Below, one piece after another: positions 38,906 to 47,711 of a stretch of DNA of 64,000 bases. Origin of the DNA: a virus; IMG/VR virus record IMGVR_UViG_3300031999_001882, positions 64,001 through 128,000 of that record, one strand, 5' to 3'. Positions within the stretch are counted from its first letter, which is position 1, and every line of letters begins with the position of its first letter. The translations under genes and the position numbers were made by a program. The notes beneath the pieces were generated by a model. That model had not been told where the DNA came from and did no database searches. It saw nothing but the letters and a program-made list of their open reading frames with translations.

Positions 38906-40577
38906 ATTTCGGCGTTTCCGCCGTGTCAGATTTCCTATCTAAGCCCAGCGACTCCCGCCAATAGGCGATCTTCTGCGTTTCAGGCATCTCAGTTTTCGTG
39001 CGTTCGAGCAAGACTTGGGTCGCTTGTCCGCCCCGGTAGAGCCGGAGCAAATTGGTTTGTGCATCTGCCTTGAGAGTCAGGCCCGGTCCGATTTCGATGC
39101 CGATTTCTTCCGGCTTCGGCTGGATCACGGCATAGAGCGCCTTCAAATAGGCCCCTTGGCGCGTGTCGCCCTCAAGAGACTGCCGAACGGCCTTGTCCAA
39201 GAGAATGGTTGCCATGACCTGCGGACCATAGACCAGCTCCGGGGATACCATCGGCGGGCAGGCGGTTTCCGGCGGATTGGCGATCTCCTCCTGCATCCTC
39301 TGGACTTCCTGCTGGGCATCTTGGCGGTGCTCTTGGACAGCTTGGCTGACTTCGTTGATGATCGGAAGCTGGACTTGGGCCATCATCTCGGCCAACAGCA
39401 CGTCCACCTGCTTCATCACCTCTTGGGACACTAGCCCGTCGATCTTGTTCTTGATCGCGTCCTTGATCGTTTCGTCGATCTTGGTGGAAATGGGCTTGGT
39501 TTCTTCCTGAATCTGGTCCAAAAGCGGGGTTGGAGGCACTTCGCCCACCAGCGCATCGGCCTTTACCACCTTGGAAATGGGGGCGATATCCGCCGGGTTG
39601 AAGGAAGCCGGGCCACGGCGCTCTTTGCGGCGCTTTTCCACGAAATCCCCGCCCCCGGTCATGCTGGGGGCGGCATCCATGACCTTTTTGGGGTTGGCCG
39701 CGCCGCTATCCACGGCGGGGTTGCCCTGAAAGGTCGAAGGCGACTGAGCGTTGAGCGCGGACTTATCCAGCGCAGAGCGGAGCGCCACGCGCTCCTCTGG
39801 CGACAGATTGGACAGCGCCATGTCCAGCGTGCACTTCCCGTCCGGGCATCCGGCGGCCTTGGCCTTCCTGTTCTGGTACTGGACGGCATGGGTCAAAAGG
39901 TTCTTCTGGACCGAAGCAAACACTTCAAAGACGTGCGCCTCGATGTCGGCGGGCTGGGCCACGCCGGACAGCTCCGAGAAGGTCACTTTGCGGTTGATCT
40001 CATAGGCTTTGACCCCATCCGACTGCGTGCGGCCCTTGCAGTAGGTGGGCGACATAGGGTTCATATGGGCGCACAGCTCATGCTGGTTGCGGGCGATGTT
40101 GCGGCAGATCGAGCACTCCGCTTCTTCCACGACGCATCCCATCGACACGCTGTTGAGGATTCCGGCTTCGATCTGGCGGGCGATGTCTTGATAAGCTTTC
40201 CGGTCTACAGCGACAAGACACTCAATGTATTTGCCTTCGGGATACCACACCGAGTCCAAGATGATGCCCTTGGCCTTCTCGATGGAGTCCGAGTCATGCT
40301 CGATGTAGAAACCCTTGCCCACGAAGGACTTATAGGAAGCCTCAAGCTCTTTGTCCTCAAAGAAATCCCCGTTGCCATTGGCGATGTTGGCCGTGATCGA
40401 GCGAGCGCGGAAATAAACAAAATTATCGGGGTCATAGTCGAAGGCTTCCGCCGGGAGGAAATCGCTCTTTTTAAGGAGCGTGGATTTCTTCACGACTTCC
40501 TGCCATGTCCATGTCTTGTTGTCGTTCTGCTTTAAGATGTCCGAAATCTCGATGGTCGCTTTTCTGTAAAACATCAA
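38892..40577 (-). CDS. Prohead (capsid maturation) protease with C-terminal extension
   Basis: NGNGDFF..EL..YKSFVGK..IEHD (His), SVSMGC (Ser), CSIC..CAH insert, FSELSGVAQPAD. Confidence 0.85.
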   Translation of the reverse strand: MMFYRKATIEISDILKQNDNKTWTWQEVVKKSTLLKKSDFLPAEAFDYDPDNFVYFRARSITANIANGNGDFFEDKELEASYKSFVGKGFYIEHDSDSIEKAKGIILDSVWYPEGKYIECLVAVDRKAYQDIARQIEAGILNSVSMGCVVEEAECSICRNIARNQHELCAHMNPMSPTYCKGRTQSDGVKAYEINRKVTFSELSGVAQPADIEAHVFEVFASVQKNLLTHAVQYQNRKAKAAGCPDGKCTLDMALSNLSPEERVALRSALDKSALNAQSPSTFQGNPAVDSGAANPKKVMDAAPSMTGGGDFVEKRRKERRGPASFNPADIAPISKVVKADALVGEVPPTPLLDQIQEETKPISTKIDETIKDAIKNKIDGLVSQEVMKQVDVLLAEMMAQVQLPIINEVSQAVQEHRQDAQQEVQRMQEEIANPPETACPPMVSPELVYGPQVMATILLDKAVRQSLEGDTRQGAYLKALYAVIQPKPEEIGIEIGPGLTLKADAQTNLLRLYRGGQATQVLLERTKTEMPETQKIAYWRESLGLDRKSDTAETPKYECQ

Positions 40578-40885
40578 TGCCCCCCGTTTTTAGCGGCCAG
40601 CCGTTTGGCTTTCTGGCTGTCCCACGCATACTCACGACCGCATTCGCACCGCATCTCGCTCTTGCCGCCAATGAGTAAAAATCCGTTTGTCGCTTCCAGC
40701 ACGCCATGAGAGTATCGGCCCAACGACCTGCCGCACGGACAATTCACCACGGTCGCGTCATCCACCACAAAGGCCCCTTTGTGGGTGATGGGTTCCGGCG
40801 ATCCTTGGCGCTGAAAGCTCATTTCTTTGTAAGCCTCTCCAAAAATCCTTCGGTCACTTGGCGCTCCGCCTCTTGCCACGCCCAA
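40574..40885 (-). CDS. Small zinc-ribbon protein
   Basis: CPCG...CECG; true start probably MSFQRQG. Confidence 0.6.
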   Translation of the reverse strand: MGVARGGAPSDRRIFGEAYKEMSFQRQGSPEPITHKGAFVVDDATVVNCPCGRSLGRYSHGVLEATNGFLLIGGKSEMRCECGREYAWDSQKAKRLAAKNGGH

Positions 40886-41106
40886 TAAGTCGCCAAAGCT
40901 ACTCGCTCCTGCTCTTTACTCGTCCGCTTCATTGCCCGCCGCACCAGCCGACTCAGCTCAAGCGTCGGCACTTTGAAAGCATCTTTGCCAGCCCGCACCT
41001 TGGCGAGTCCGTGGTCTGGCCGATCATCGCCGAACATCGCATCAATCGAGTGATGCAGAAACAGGCTGATCGCTGGGAGAAAAGCGCGGGGTACGCGAAT
41101 TTGCAC
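40819..41106 (-). CDS. Hypothetical protein
   Basis: C-terminal part of the 155-aa track ORF; GTG start with AAGGGA upstream. Confidence 0.45.
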   Translation of the reverse strand: MQIRVPRAFLPAISLFLHHSIDAMFGDDRPDHGLAKVRAGKDAFKVPTLELSRLVRRAMKRTSKEQERVALATYWAWQEAERQVTEGFLERLTKK

Positions 41107-41383
41107 GCTGTCCCTTAGCACTTCTTTGGCTAAGAGCCGCGCTCTCTCGATGGGCTTCTTCGTCGATTTCGCGGAGGACTCTCTGTTGTTCTTGCTGGAC
41201 ATACCGAGCGATGTTCTCCCCGAAGCGTGCGATCCCATTGGACACTTCCCCAATCTCCCGATACAGCAATCCCATTTCTCGGTCATTAAGAACCCTCTTT
41301 AACTGCGCCAGCGCCCGATCCACCTGCGCCAGATAGTGCCCTGCGTCATTTTCAAATCCGTTTAACGATTCGAGATCGCTCAT
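41042..41383 (-). CDS. Hypothetical helical protein
   Basis: Starts 6 nt after the portal stop. Confidence 0.55.
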   Translation of the reverse strand: MSDLESLNGFENDAGHYLAQVDRALAQLKRVLNDREMGLLYREIGEVSNGIARFGENIARYVQQEQQRVLREIDEEAHRESAALSQRSAKGQRANSRTPRFSPSDQPVSASLD

Positions 41384-41388
41384 TCAAG

Positions 41389-43269
41389 CTATACCGCCGG
41401 GCCTTCCGCGCCCGGAGTCACAGGTAACTTCTCTTTTTCTTCCGGTGCGCCAGCGCCCGGCTTGGCTTCTTCGGGCTTACCCGGAGGCGGCCCAAGGCTC
41501 GGACCCTTCATCGGTCCGCCGCCTGCGGGCGCTTTGGTATCCATCAAATCTTTGAGTGGCTTGGGGCGCGAAGGCTTTTCCTCGACAGGCTTGGAATCTT
41601 CCGATGCCTTTTCCTTCATGGCGATGTCTTTCAAGATGTCCTTCATCTTGTCGCCGCGCAGGAAGCGGTCGCGCAACTCTTTGTTCTGCTCATCCGTGAG
41701 ATACGCCTTCTTGAGTTCCTGCCAATCAGGATCGAGGTAAGTGGCTTCCTCTGTCTCGAACTGCTTGGTGACGATCTTAGATGACAGCCCAAAGACATCG
41801 TTGATGATCTCCTGCGGAATGCGGCCATCGGTTCGCATTCGGAGCAACATCTCCTGCTCCTGCGTGTTGTTGAGCAAATTGAGCTTCTGCCAAATGAAGG
41901 TCGGCAGATAATAGCGGTCGTCCGGCACATTCTCTTTGAAGTTGTTGCGAACCTTGTGGTCGATCTCGGCCTTGGTTCGGCGGATGAGCTTCTGCTCACG
42001 GGCGATGGGCAGGAAAATCTTGTATTTGAAAATCTTTTCGATCTCGGCCCGCTCGGTGATATAGCGATGGAACAGCATTTTGAGGTTGACCGTCTGCCCG
42101 GCGTAGCTCGGCGCTTCGCCGCCCAACAGCGCTTCGTTGGCGAACAGCCCGGTCATAATGCGCTTGCCCACCCAATCGAACCACGGAATGAGGTTTTCAA
42201 TCTTGTCCTTGGTCCCGACATAATCCACCTGCACGCCAAAGTGGTAGATGATGTTGTAGTCCGGGTCATTCGCCGCGCTGACCAAAAGCTGTTTGAACTT
42301 GTCAAAATGCTTCTTCGACGGAATCCAGCCCTTCGCCTCGGAACCGAGCTTGAAAATCTTGATCGGGAACATATGCCGATCTACGAAGGTGTATTGGAGA
42401 TACCGAAGCTTGTCCTCGAACAGCAAATCCTTGAGCACACGCTTGACCAAGGACAGGCCGCGCAGGGTGTATTTCGATGTCCGGTTAGCGAAGTGGATCA
42501 CCCGGTTGGCATCGAGCATATAGGGTTTCCCCCGACCCACAGACTCCACGAAATGCTTAGGCATCAGGCCCACGATGGCCCGGTCCACCGGGTCATTGGA
42601 GCCGACGACTTTCTGCAACTCAGGATCGGGCAGGAGGAAATAGGCGGCGGAGTTCGAGACATAGGTGCGCTTGATGTCGATGTATTCCGGTGGATACTGG
42701 TTCCACTCGGACCATTCGAGATTGTTCTTGTCCCACATCCCATACCACATCGACTCGCCCAAAAGATGCTTGTCACGGAGCATCCAGACCGCCATTTGCA
42801 GGAGGTCCAGCTTTTCCTTGATATAGTTGAACTTGGATTTTACGGATGGCTCATCGACATGAAGCTCGAAGTCGGAGAGCGGAAAGGTCGAATGGATGTC
42901 AATGATCGAGCCGACGTAAGGCTGAAATTTGTAGTAGTGACGTAGCCGCTTATTGACCTCTTTGAGATTGTCCTCTGGGAACAGGAGGAGAACGGTATCC
43001 CAAAGCGGATCAACATAGAGAAGCGGAGTGCGTACTGTGTCTTGGGTGGAGGAGGACTGAAACAACTGCTGAAAGTCAGCTTGGCGCTTAAAGCCTTTTC
43101 CGTCACCCAACTGGCCGCCGCGCCGTGTGCCTGTGCCATCGGCTTGCGCGATCTCCGCCAGAGCTTCGCCCGCCGACTCCAACAGCTCGGACTGCTGGGC
43201 AGAGCGATGGAAGGCCCCGGAGAAGCCTACTGGCTCGAATGATTCGTCTGGATTACTATTTTTCGCCAT
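41389..43269 (-). CDS. Portal protein
   Basis: 626 aa; VIHFAN...RGLSLVKRV and IMTGLF..ALLGGE..SYA segments; upstream of the protease. Confidence 0.85.
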   Translation of the reverse strand: MAKNSNPDESFEPVGFSGAFHRSAQQSELLESAGEALAEIAQADGTGTRRGGQLGDGKGFKRQADFQQLFQSSSTQDTVRTPLLYVDPLWDTVLLLFPEDNLKEVNKRLRHYYKFQPYVGSIIDIHSTFPLSDFELHVDEPSVKSKFNYIKEKLDLLQMAVWMLRDKHLLGESMWYGMWDKNNLEWSEWNQYPPEYIDIKRTYVSNSAAYFLLPDPELQKVVGSNDPVDRAIVGLMPKHFVESVGRGKPYMLDANRVIHFANRTSKYTLRGLSLVKRVLKDLLFEDKLRYLQYTFVDRHMFPIKIFKLGSEAKGWIPSKKHFDKFKQLLVSAANDPDYNIIYHFGVQVDYVGTKDKIENLIPWFDWVGKRIMTGLFANEALLGGEAPSYAGQTVNLKMLFHRYITERAEIEKIFKYKIFLPIAREQKLIRRTKAEIDHKVRNNFKENVPDDRYYLPTFIWQKLNLLNNTQEQEMLLRMRTDGRIPQEIINDVFGLSSKIVTKQFETEEATYLDPDWQELKKAYLTDEQNKELRDRFLRGDKMKDILKDIAMKEKASEDSKPVEEKPSRPKPLKDLMDTKAPAGGGPMKGPSLGPPPGKPEEAKPGAGAPEEKEKLPVTPGAEGPAV

Positions 43270-43678
43270 TACTGAACACGCCAGCCTTTTGTAATCGTTC
43301 GACTTCCTGCGCCTTGCTCGTCAGACCCGTCATCAAAAGAACCGTGATCTTCCGGCCTGCGTCCGCCTGCTCATTCCATAAGACTCGCAACTGCTCCTTG
43401 CGCTCATCTTGGAACAGGTCAGTCATATACTCGTAAGGGACCGCGACCTGACTCCGCAATCCCGACTTGGCGAAGGCCACGAACACGAATTGAGTCTTGG
43501 GCACATCGTCAAAGAGTCTGAGCGCCCATCCGCCATCTACCAGCTTCATCAAATCCTGCAACTGGTTCACGATTTCCGGCAACGGCAACCTCGGTAAGTT
43601 AATGACATCCACTCGATAACGCTCCCGCCCGCCCTGTATCATGGCGGCATCAGTTGAACAGAATTTCAAACCCGCCAT
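43256..43678 (-). CDS. Hypothetical protein
   Basis: ORF coupled to the portal gene. Confidence 0.5.
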   Translation of the reverse strand: MAGLKFCSTDAAMIQGGRERYRVDVINLPRLPLPEIVNQLQDLMKLVDGGWALRLFDDVPKTQFVFVAFAKSGLRSQVAVPYEYMTDLFQDERKEQLRVLWNEQADAGRKITVLLMTGLTSKAQEVERLQKAGVFSNGEK

Positions 43679-44120
43679 ACGGCCCGCCGCGCCATTTCCC
43701 GGCCTGCCAGTCTCTTGCGCTCCACATCCCGATGGCGGTGTATTTCAGGAGGCCGCTTGTAATGACCCCGGACTGCGCCAAGGTCTTAAAGAAGTCCACC
43801 CGATCCACCAGCAATTCCCCGGCATAAAGTCGAAGCCCGCCCATCGCCAATGCTCCGCTTGAATCACCCGTGATAGGCTTGACCGCGCCAAGGTCCGCCG
43901 AGATGTAGTATTTCTTGTAGAGGGTCGTTACGCCGCCCGCGAGCCATTGCCCTTGAGCGATGTCGTAGAACGATCCGGGTGTCAAGTTGTCGAGAACGTG
44001 ATAAGTGTCGGCGATTCGGGCCACCCCGGTCGGAGTCGATGTGCTGAGCACCACCGGATCAGCCTGCGCCACACTACACAGCCCAGCCACCAAAGCCACG
44101 ACGATCATTTTCATTTTCAT
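43650..44120 (-). CDS. Exported protein with signal peptide
   Basis: MKMKMIVVALVAGLCSVAQA cleavage-type leader; GGAGG RBS. Confidence 0.65.
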   Translation of the reverse strand: MKMKMIVVALVAGLCSVAQADPVVLSTSTPTGVARIADTYHVLDNLTPGSFYDIAQGQWLAGGVTTLYKKYYISADLGAVKPITGDSSGALAMGGLRLYAGELLVDRVDFFKTLAQSGVITSGLLKYTAIGMWSARDWQAGKWRGGPYGGFEILFN

Positions 44121-44132
44121 GTTCGGGCCTCC

Positions 44133-44444
44133 TTAGCTCGCCATCTCTACACAGCCCTTATCCTTGCGGAAGTAGAACTGTGTGTTGCACGGAAACGTCT
44201 TGATGCCTTGTCCACGGCGCGGATCGAAAATCGTTCTCACCGCATGAGAAATCGACTTTTTACCATACACCTGCTCCGCGCTCATCTGAATGTCTGCGTA
44301 GCACTTCGGGCACGAAATGATGGCTTCCGGCCCGAATGAACCGTCTGTTTTTGTCATCCACGCCCATGTCCCAGACGGCATCGAGTCTTTGCGCCACCCT
44401 GCGAGGCCGATTGGCGCTCGCTGGATAGGAAAGACGGTCGGCAT
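44133..44444 (-). CDS. Small zinc-binding protein
   Basis: CPKC...H...C. Confidence 0.55.
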   Translation of the reverse strand: MPTVFPIQRAPIGLAGWRKDSMPSGTWAWMTKTDGSFGPEAIISCPKCYADIQMSAEQVYGKKSISHAVRTIFDPRRGQGIKTFPCNTQFYFRKDKGCVEMAS

Positions 44445-44795
44445 CTAGCGGAAATTGCCGCTTGCGCCGCTATTTTCGGTGGCCGGAGCCGCCGTATTGC
44501 CCAAATCGCCCGGAACTTTGGACGCGCCCGGATTGGTCGCATCCAGCAAGGACGGACCCCAAGAGTTCATTCCGCCATAAGCCGGAACCTGAACGCTCTT
44601 AGTCTGGTGCGTGATAACGCCCACGCCTGTGGGTTCGCCAATGACAGCACTCTCATTGAGCGTGTCGCGGGAAACCGCAACAGTCTTGACGGGAGCATCT
44701 GCCGCCAAAGGGATACCATTGCCTGCGCCCGGATATGACTGTTTGGGCGCGGGCGCTCCTGCCACCAATCCACCTGTGAAATCTAAATTAGCCAT
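44445..44795 (-). CDS. Small virion-type protein (ESAVIG family)
   Basis: AAGGAGG RBS; TLNESAVIGE motif. Confidence 0.6.
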   Translation of the reverse strand: MANLDFTGGLVAGAPAPKQSYPGAGNGIPLAADAPVKTVAVSRDTLNESAVIGEPTGVGVITHQTKSVQVPAYGGMNSWGPSLLDATNPGASKVPGDLGNTAAPATENSGASGNFR

Positions 44796-44818
44796 TGAAT
44801 CCTCCTTTGATAGTTCTG

Positions 44819-45010
44819 TTACGACGCTGACTGTGCCGGGGTTTCCGGCGCGGCTGGCGCTTCTGCCGGAGCCACTTCGGGCGCTGTCTCCGCTACTGGC
44901 GCTTCAACCGGGGCTGGCGCTTCGGGCGCTGTCTCCGGCACAACGGTCGGTTCGGCTGTCGGCGCTTCTGGTTTCACTTCTGGTTCGGGTACTGGCGTTT
45001 CATCGTTCAT
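44819..45010 (-). CDS. Pro/Ala/Glu low-complexity peptide
   Basis: AGGAGG RBS; ETAPE repeats. Confidence 0.55.
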   Translation of the reverse strand: MNDETPVPEPEVKPEAPTAEPTVVPETAPEAPAPVEAPVAETAPEVAPAEAPAAPETPAQSAS

Positions 45011-45038
45011 GGTAGCCTCCTAAAAACAGTCACCCAAC

Positions 45039-45100
45039 AAAAAGGGGGCTGGCTCAGACCAACGACAACAAAATTCGTTATCGGTCTGGAACCAGCCCCC
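45039..45100 (-). terminator. Long stem-loop followed by U-tract (terminator or structured RNA)
   Basis: GGGGGCTGG..CAGACC...GGTCTG..CCAGCCCCC then TTTTT on the minus strand. Confidence 0.6.
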
Positions 45101-45189
45101 AAAGGCTGTTGGGCTATGCTACGGCCAAGGTTTTGGGCCTTGTGCGCGGGGATCAGCCGCTACCGCAAAAACGACATGAAAAAGATCGG

Positions 45190-45483
45190 TTACTGTTGTT
45201 CTTCGGGCTTTACTACTGGCTTGTCCGAAGGAACTCTCATCAAGATGACTTTATCATCTATACGCAGGTCCGTAAATGGAACCTCGGCCTTGCCTCGAAC
45301 ACACATCACGTCTTTGTCCACAGGAAACGTGAACAAGTCGCCGTCCTTATTCTGAATCGTGACGATTGACTTCTTGAAGTCGAGGGCTTTGACTTCGCCC
45401 CTGAATCTTGTCCATTGAATTTCGGTGGCCTGAGAAAGCGCCGGGATCGACACCATCAGCAAAAGAGCCGCTAAGCGCTTCAT
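45190..45483 (-). CDS. Exported OB-fold-like protein
   Basis: Signal peptide; RGEVKALD..K.IVTI...DLRIDDKV. Confidence 0.6.
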   Translation of the reverse strand: MKRLAALLLMVSIPALSQATEIQWTRFRGEVKALDFKKSIVTIQNKDGDLFTFPVDKDVMCVRGKAEVPFTDLRIDDKVILMRVPSDKPVVKPEEQQ

Positions 45484-45824
45484 GCGTCTTTCACCACGGC
45501 AAGCGTTTTCTCGGCTTCAACCGGAATCTGGCTCAGGCCCTTCACGTTGTTCACGCCGCCGCGAGTCTGTTCGACAGCAATGCTTTCAGGCGTGACGGTG
45601 ATGGCTGGGTAAGGCGGAAGCTGGCCGATGGCGGTGGTATCGCGGAGCGTGTTGACGGTCTGAACTAAAATCCTGCTTTCGAGTTTCGGGGCTACGCTTC
45701 TCGGCGTAGCGGCTAAATTCTCATACGAAGGAGTGAATAAAATATCCAGCTTCGGCGCGTCTAAGGGTGCGGCTCTCTGTCCATCTAGGAAATATCCCAT
45801 CTTAACCCTCCCTATGTATAGCAA
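45480..45824 (-). CDS. Small protein (ESAVIG family paralog)
   Basis: TAIGQLPPYPAIT...TRGGVNNV. Confidence 0.55.
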   Translation of the reverse strand: MLYIGRVKMGYFLDGQRAAPLDAPKLDILFTPSYENLAATPRSVAPKLESRILVQTVNTLRDTTAIGQLPPYPAITVTPESIAVEQTRGGVNNVKGLSQIPVEAEKTLAVVKDA

Positions 45825-45894
45825 ATCGGGGATTGTCGCTCATCGAAAACGACAATCCCAAGTGGCGTGCAGGCGTTGAGGCTTAAATTTCTCA

Positions 45895-46209
45895 TCAGGT
45901 TCCTGCGTGTCTATAGACGAGCGACGCACTCACATCATTAACCCCGGCGCGGATCGTCTGGATCAAACTGTCTCGGATCACGGTCGTGATTGGCGGAAGC
46001 GGCGGGAGCTGTCCAATCACCGCCGACTCGCTCAGCATCGTCACTTCCTGCATCACGCTTCCCAAGCTGATACTGTTCTCCGTGTACGGTTGTGTGAACT
46101 GCAACTGCGTCGCTTCCGTGATATGGAGAAACGAAATGTCTGAAATCGGTATCGGCTGAGACTCTTTGGGGGCGGCCCCACCTCCAAAATTTATAAGGTC
46201 ATCAGCCAC
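45895..46209 (-). CDS. Small protein (ESAVIG family paralog)
   Basis: ESAVIGQLPPLPPIT...IRAGVNDV. Confidence 0.6.
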   Translation of the reverse strand: MADDLINFGGGAAPKESQPIPISDISFLHITEATQLQFTQPYTENSISLGSVMQEVTMLSESAVIGQLPPLPPITTVIRDSLIQTIRAGVNDVSASLVYRHAGT

Positions 46210-46861
46210 AGGCGGCTCCGTTATGTCTCCGCGAATCTAAAACATCCCTGATTTCATATCCGCGCTTAATTCTGTGCGCTAAAGTATCAGCCGTCAAGCC
46301 AACCTCCTTGGCCCAATCTTGAAGAATCATTTTTCTTCCATCAAACTCAATCCAAACATTATCGCTTCTATTGCGAGCTTGCTCTGCAATCGTCGCCCAG
46401 CGAATGTTGCCGGGAACATAACCCTTGGAATTATCAATGCGATCTATGGAATGCTGTGGTGATGGCCTTCGGCCAATGGTACTTAAAAGATATTTCAAAA
46501 ATTCTGGATAAGAATTGCGCCATAGCTTATACACCTGAATGCCTTTTGCGCCATATTTTTCATAGCCCCCAGAATTTTTGCTGTGACATCTTTTTTTAAT
46601 ACCCATCCACAATGAATACTCTCGCGTGCTTTTGCCTACCTTTTTCTCTCCATGAATTGTAGCTCGCTTAGATGATACCTCTCTCCTTAAACACCCGCAT
46701 GACCGAGAATGACAAGTTATTAAATTCGACTGCATGACGACTACGGACTTGCCGCATTCGCACTTACACAGCCATAATTGCCTTTTTCCACATTTATAGC
46801 GGATTAACTTGTCTTTCCCGATAACAACGAGCCGACCAAAAACATCACCAGTCTTAATCAC
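46202..46861 (-). CDS. HNH homing endonuclease
   Basis: FGRLVV...WLCKCECG...SCGC...HSIDRIDNSKGYVPGNIRWAT..EQARN; GTG start with GAGG RBS; AT-richer than flanks. Confidence 0.9.
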   Translation of the reverse strand: MIKTGDVFGRLVVIGKDKLIRYKCGKRQLWLCKCECGKSVVVMQSNLITCHSRSCGCLRREVSSKRATIHGEKKVGKSTREYSLWMGIKKRCHSKNSGGYEKYGAKGIQVYKLWRNSYPEFLKYLLSTIGRRPSPQHSIDRIDNSKGYVPGNIRWATIAEQARNRSDNVWIEFDGRKMILQDWAKEVGLTADTLAHRIKRGYEIRDVLDSRRHNGAACG

Positions 46862-46952
46862 GATTCCTCTGGTTCCACTTTTCCGCCGCCCACCACCAAG
46901 CTCCCAGCACCCACGACAACGGCACAGCAATGATCTTGAGCAACAGCCTCAT
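46854..46952 (-). CDS. Small hydrophobic peptide (32 aa)
   Basis: Manual translation MRLLLKIIAVPLSWVLGAWWWAAEKWNQRNRD; ATGA-coupled to the upstream gene. Confidence 0.45.
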   Translation of the reverse strand: MRLLLKIIAVPLSWVLGAWWWAAEKWNQRNRD

Positions 46953-47134
46953 CCTTGTGTTTGGAGAGGTTTGACGGTGACCCGGTACTCTTGGCCCCTA
47001 AAGCTGACCGTACCCTCGGCTCCATCTGCAAGATAGTTCGAGTTCGTAAGCCCACCACCAACTCCTTCTGCCAAAGCGTCAAGGCATTCCCTGACGTGCG
47101 TCTCCTGAATCTCGGCCACTTTGGTCCAGCTCAT
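46949..47134 (-). CDS. Small protein with N-terminal WTKxA tag
   Basis: MSWTKVAE...; GGAGG RBS. Confidence 0.65.
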   Translation of the reverse strand: MSWTKVAEIQETHVRECLDALAEGVGGGLTNSNYLADGAEGTVSFRGQEYRVTVKPLQTQG

Positions 47135-47232
47135 CGGCCCCTCCCCACAAACCACGCCCCGACACACGCCACCATCCCGCCCAAAAACGGGAGGAGTTGT
47201 TCAAGAGGACACAAAACGCAGTAGAACTTCAT
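47131..47232 (-). CDS. Small hydrophobic peptide (33 aa)
   Basis: Manual translation MKFYCVLCPLEQLLPFLGGMVACVGAWFVGRGR; ATGA overlaps at both ends. Confidence 0.45.
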   Translation of the reverse strand: MKFYCVLCPLEQLLPFLGGMVACVGAWFVGRGR

Positions 47233-47711
47233 CCTCTGAAATAAACAATGCCCTGCCGTGTCTGGGCAAAGCGTCCATCCGTCAAATAGGTATCCCAACC
47301 ATCAGCAATCACAAGCTCCTGCGCGGCTTCCTGCGCGTTAATGAGCGAGCTTTGGATAGAGATGATCCATGCTTGGTCAAACGATTCGGGGGTGGCTTCC
47401 AGCATCTTCTGGACGTGCGCCACCGCGACACGCTCTGCCTTATAGGTGTCCCAGAAGAAGCGGTACTCTTGGGCGCGGCAGGTGAATGTGCCGCCGTCCT
47501 TGTCCGCTTGGAAGTTTTCGATGTCCGTAGCCCGGCAACGAAGCGAACTCGCCAGATCAGCGCGGACGCTTTCATCGCTCAGCTCAGAGGCATCACGGAT
47601 CAGACGGATTGCGTCGCGGGTTTCAACCCCACGTTCCGCGAGCCGTTCAAGCCGTTCCAGCTTATCCTCGTATTGAGGTTCCATAATTTTCCGTTGAGTG
47701 TTCTCTCTCAC
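47229..47711 (-). CDS. Hypothetical protein, shorter paralog of 47712..48461
   Basis: Shared LERLAE.GVET..AI.LIR.ASELS and YRFFWD...AERV segments. Confidence 0.7.
   Translation of the reverse strand: MRENTQRKIMEPQYEDKLERLERLAERGVETRDAIRLIRDASELSDESVRADLASSLRCRATDIENFQADKDGGTFTCRAQEYRFFWDTYKAERVAVAHVQKMLEATPESFDQAWIISIQSSLINAQEAAQELVIADGWDTYLTDGRFAQTRQGIVYFRG

Noticed and set aside
40819-41383. Overlapping ORFs after the portal as a possible frameshift
   Set aside because: No slippery heptamer seen; a GTG start at 41106 with an RBS-like sequence explains two modestly overlapping genes.
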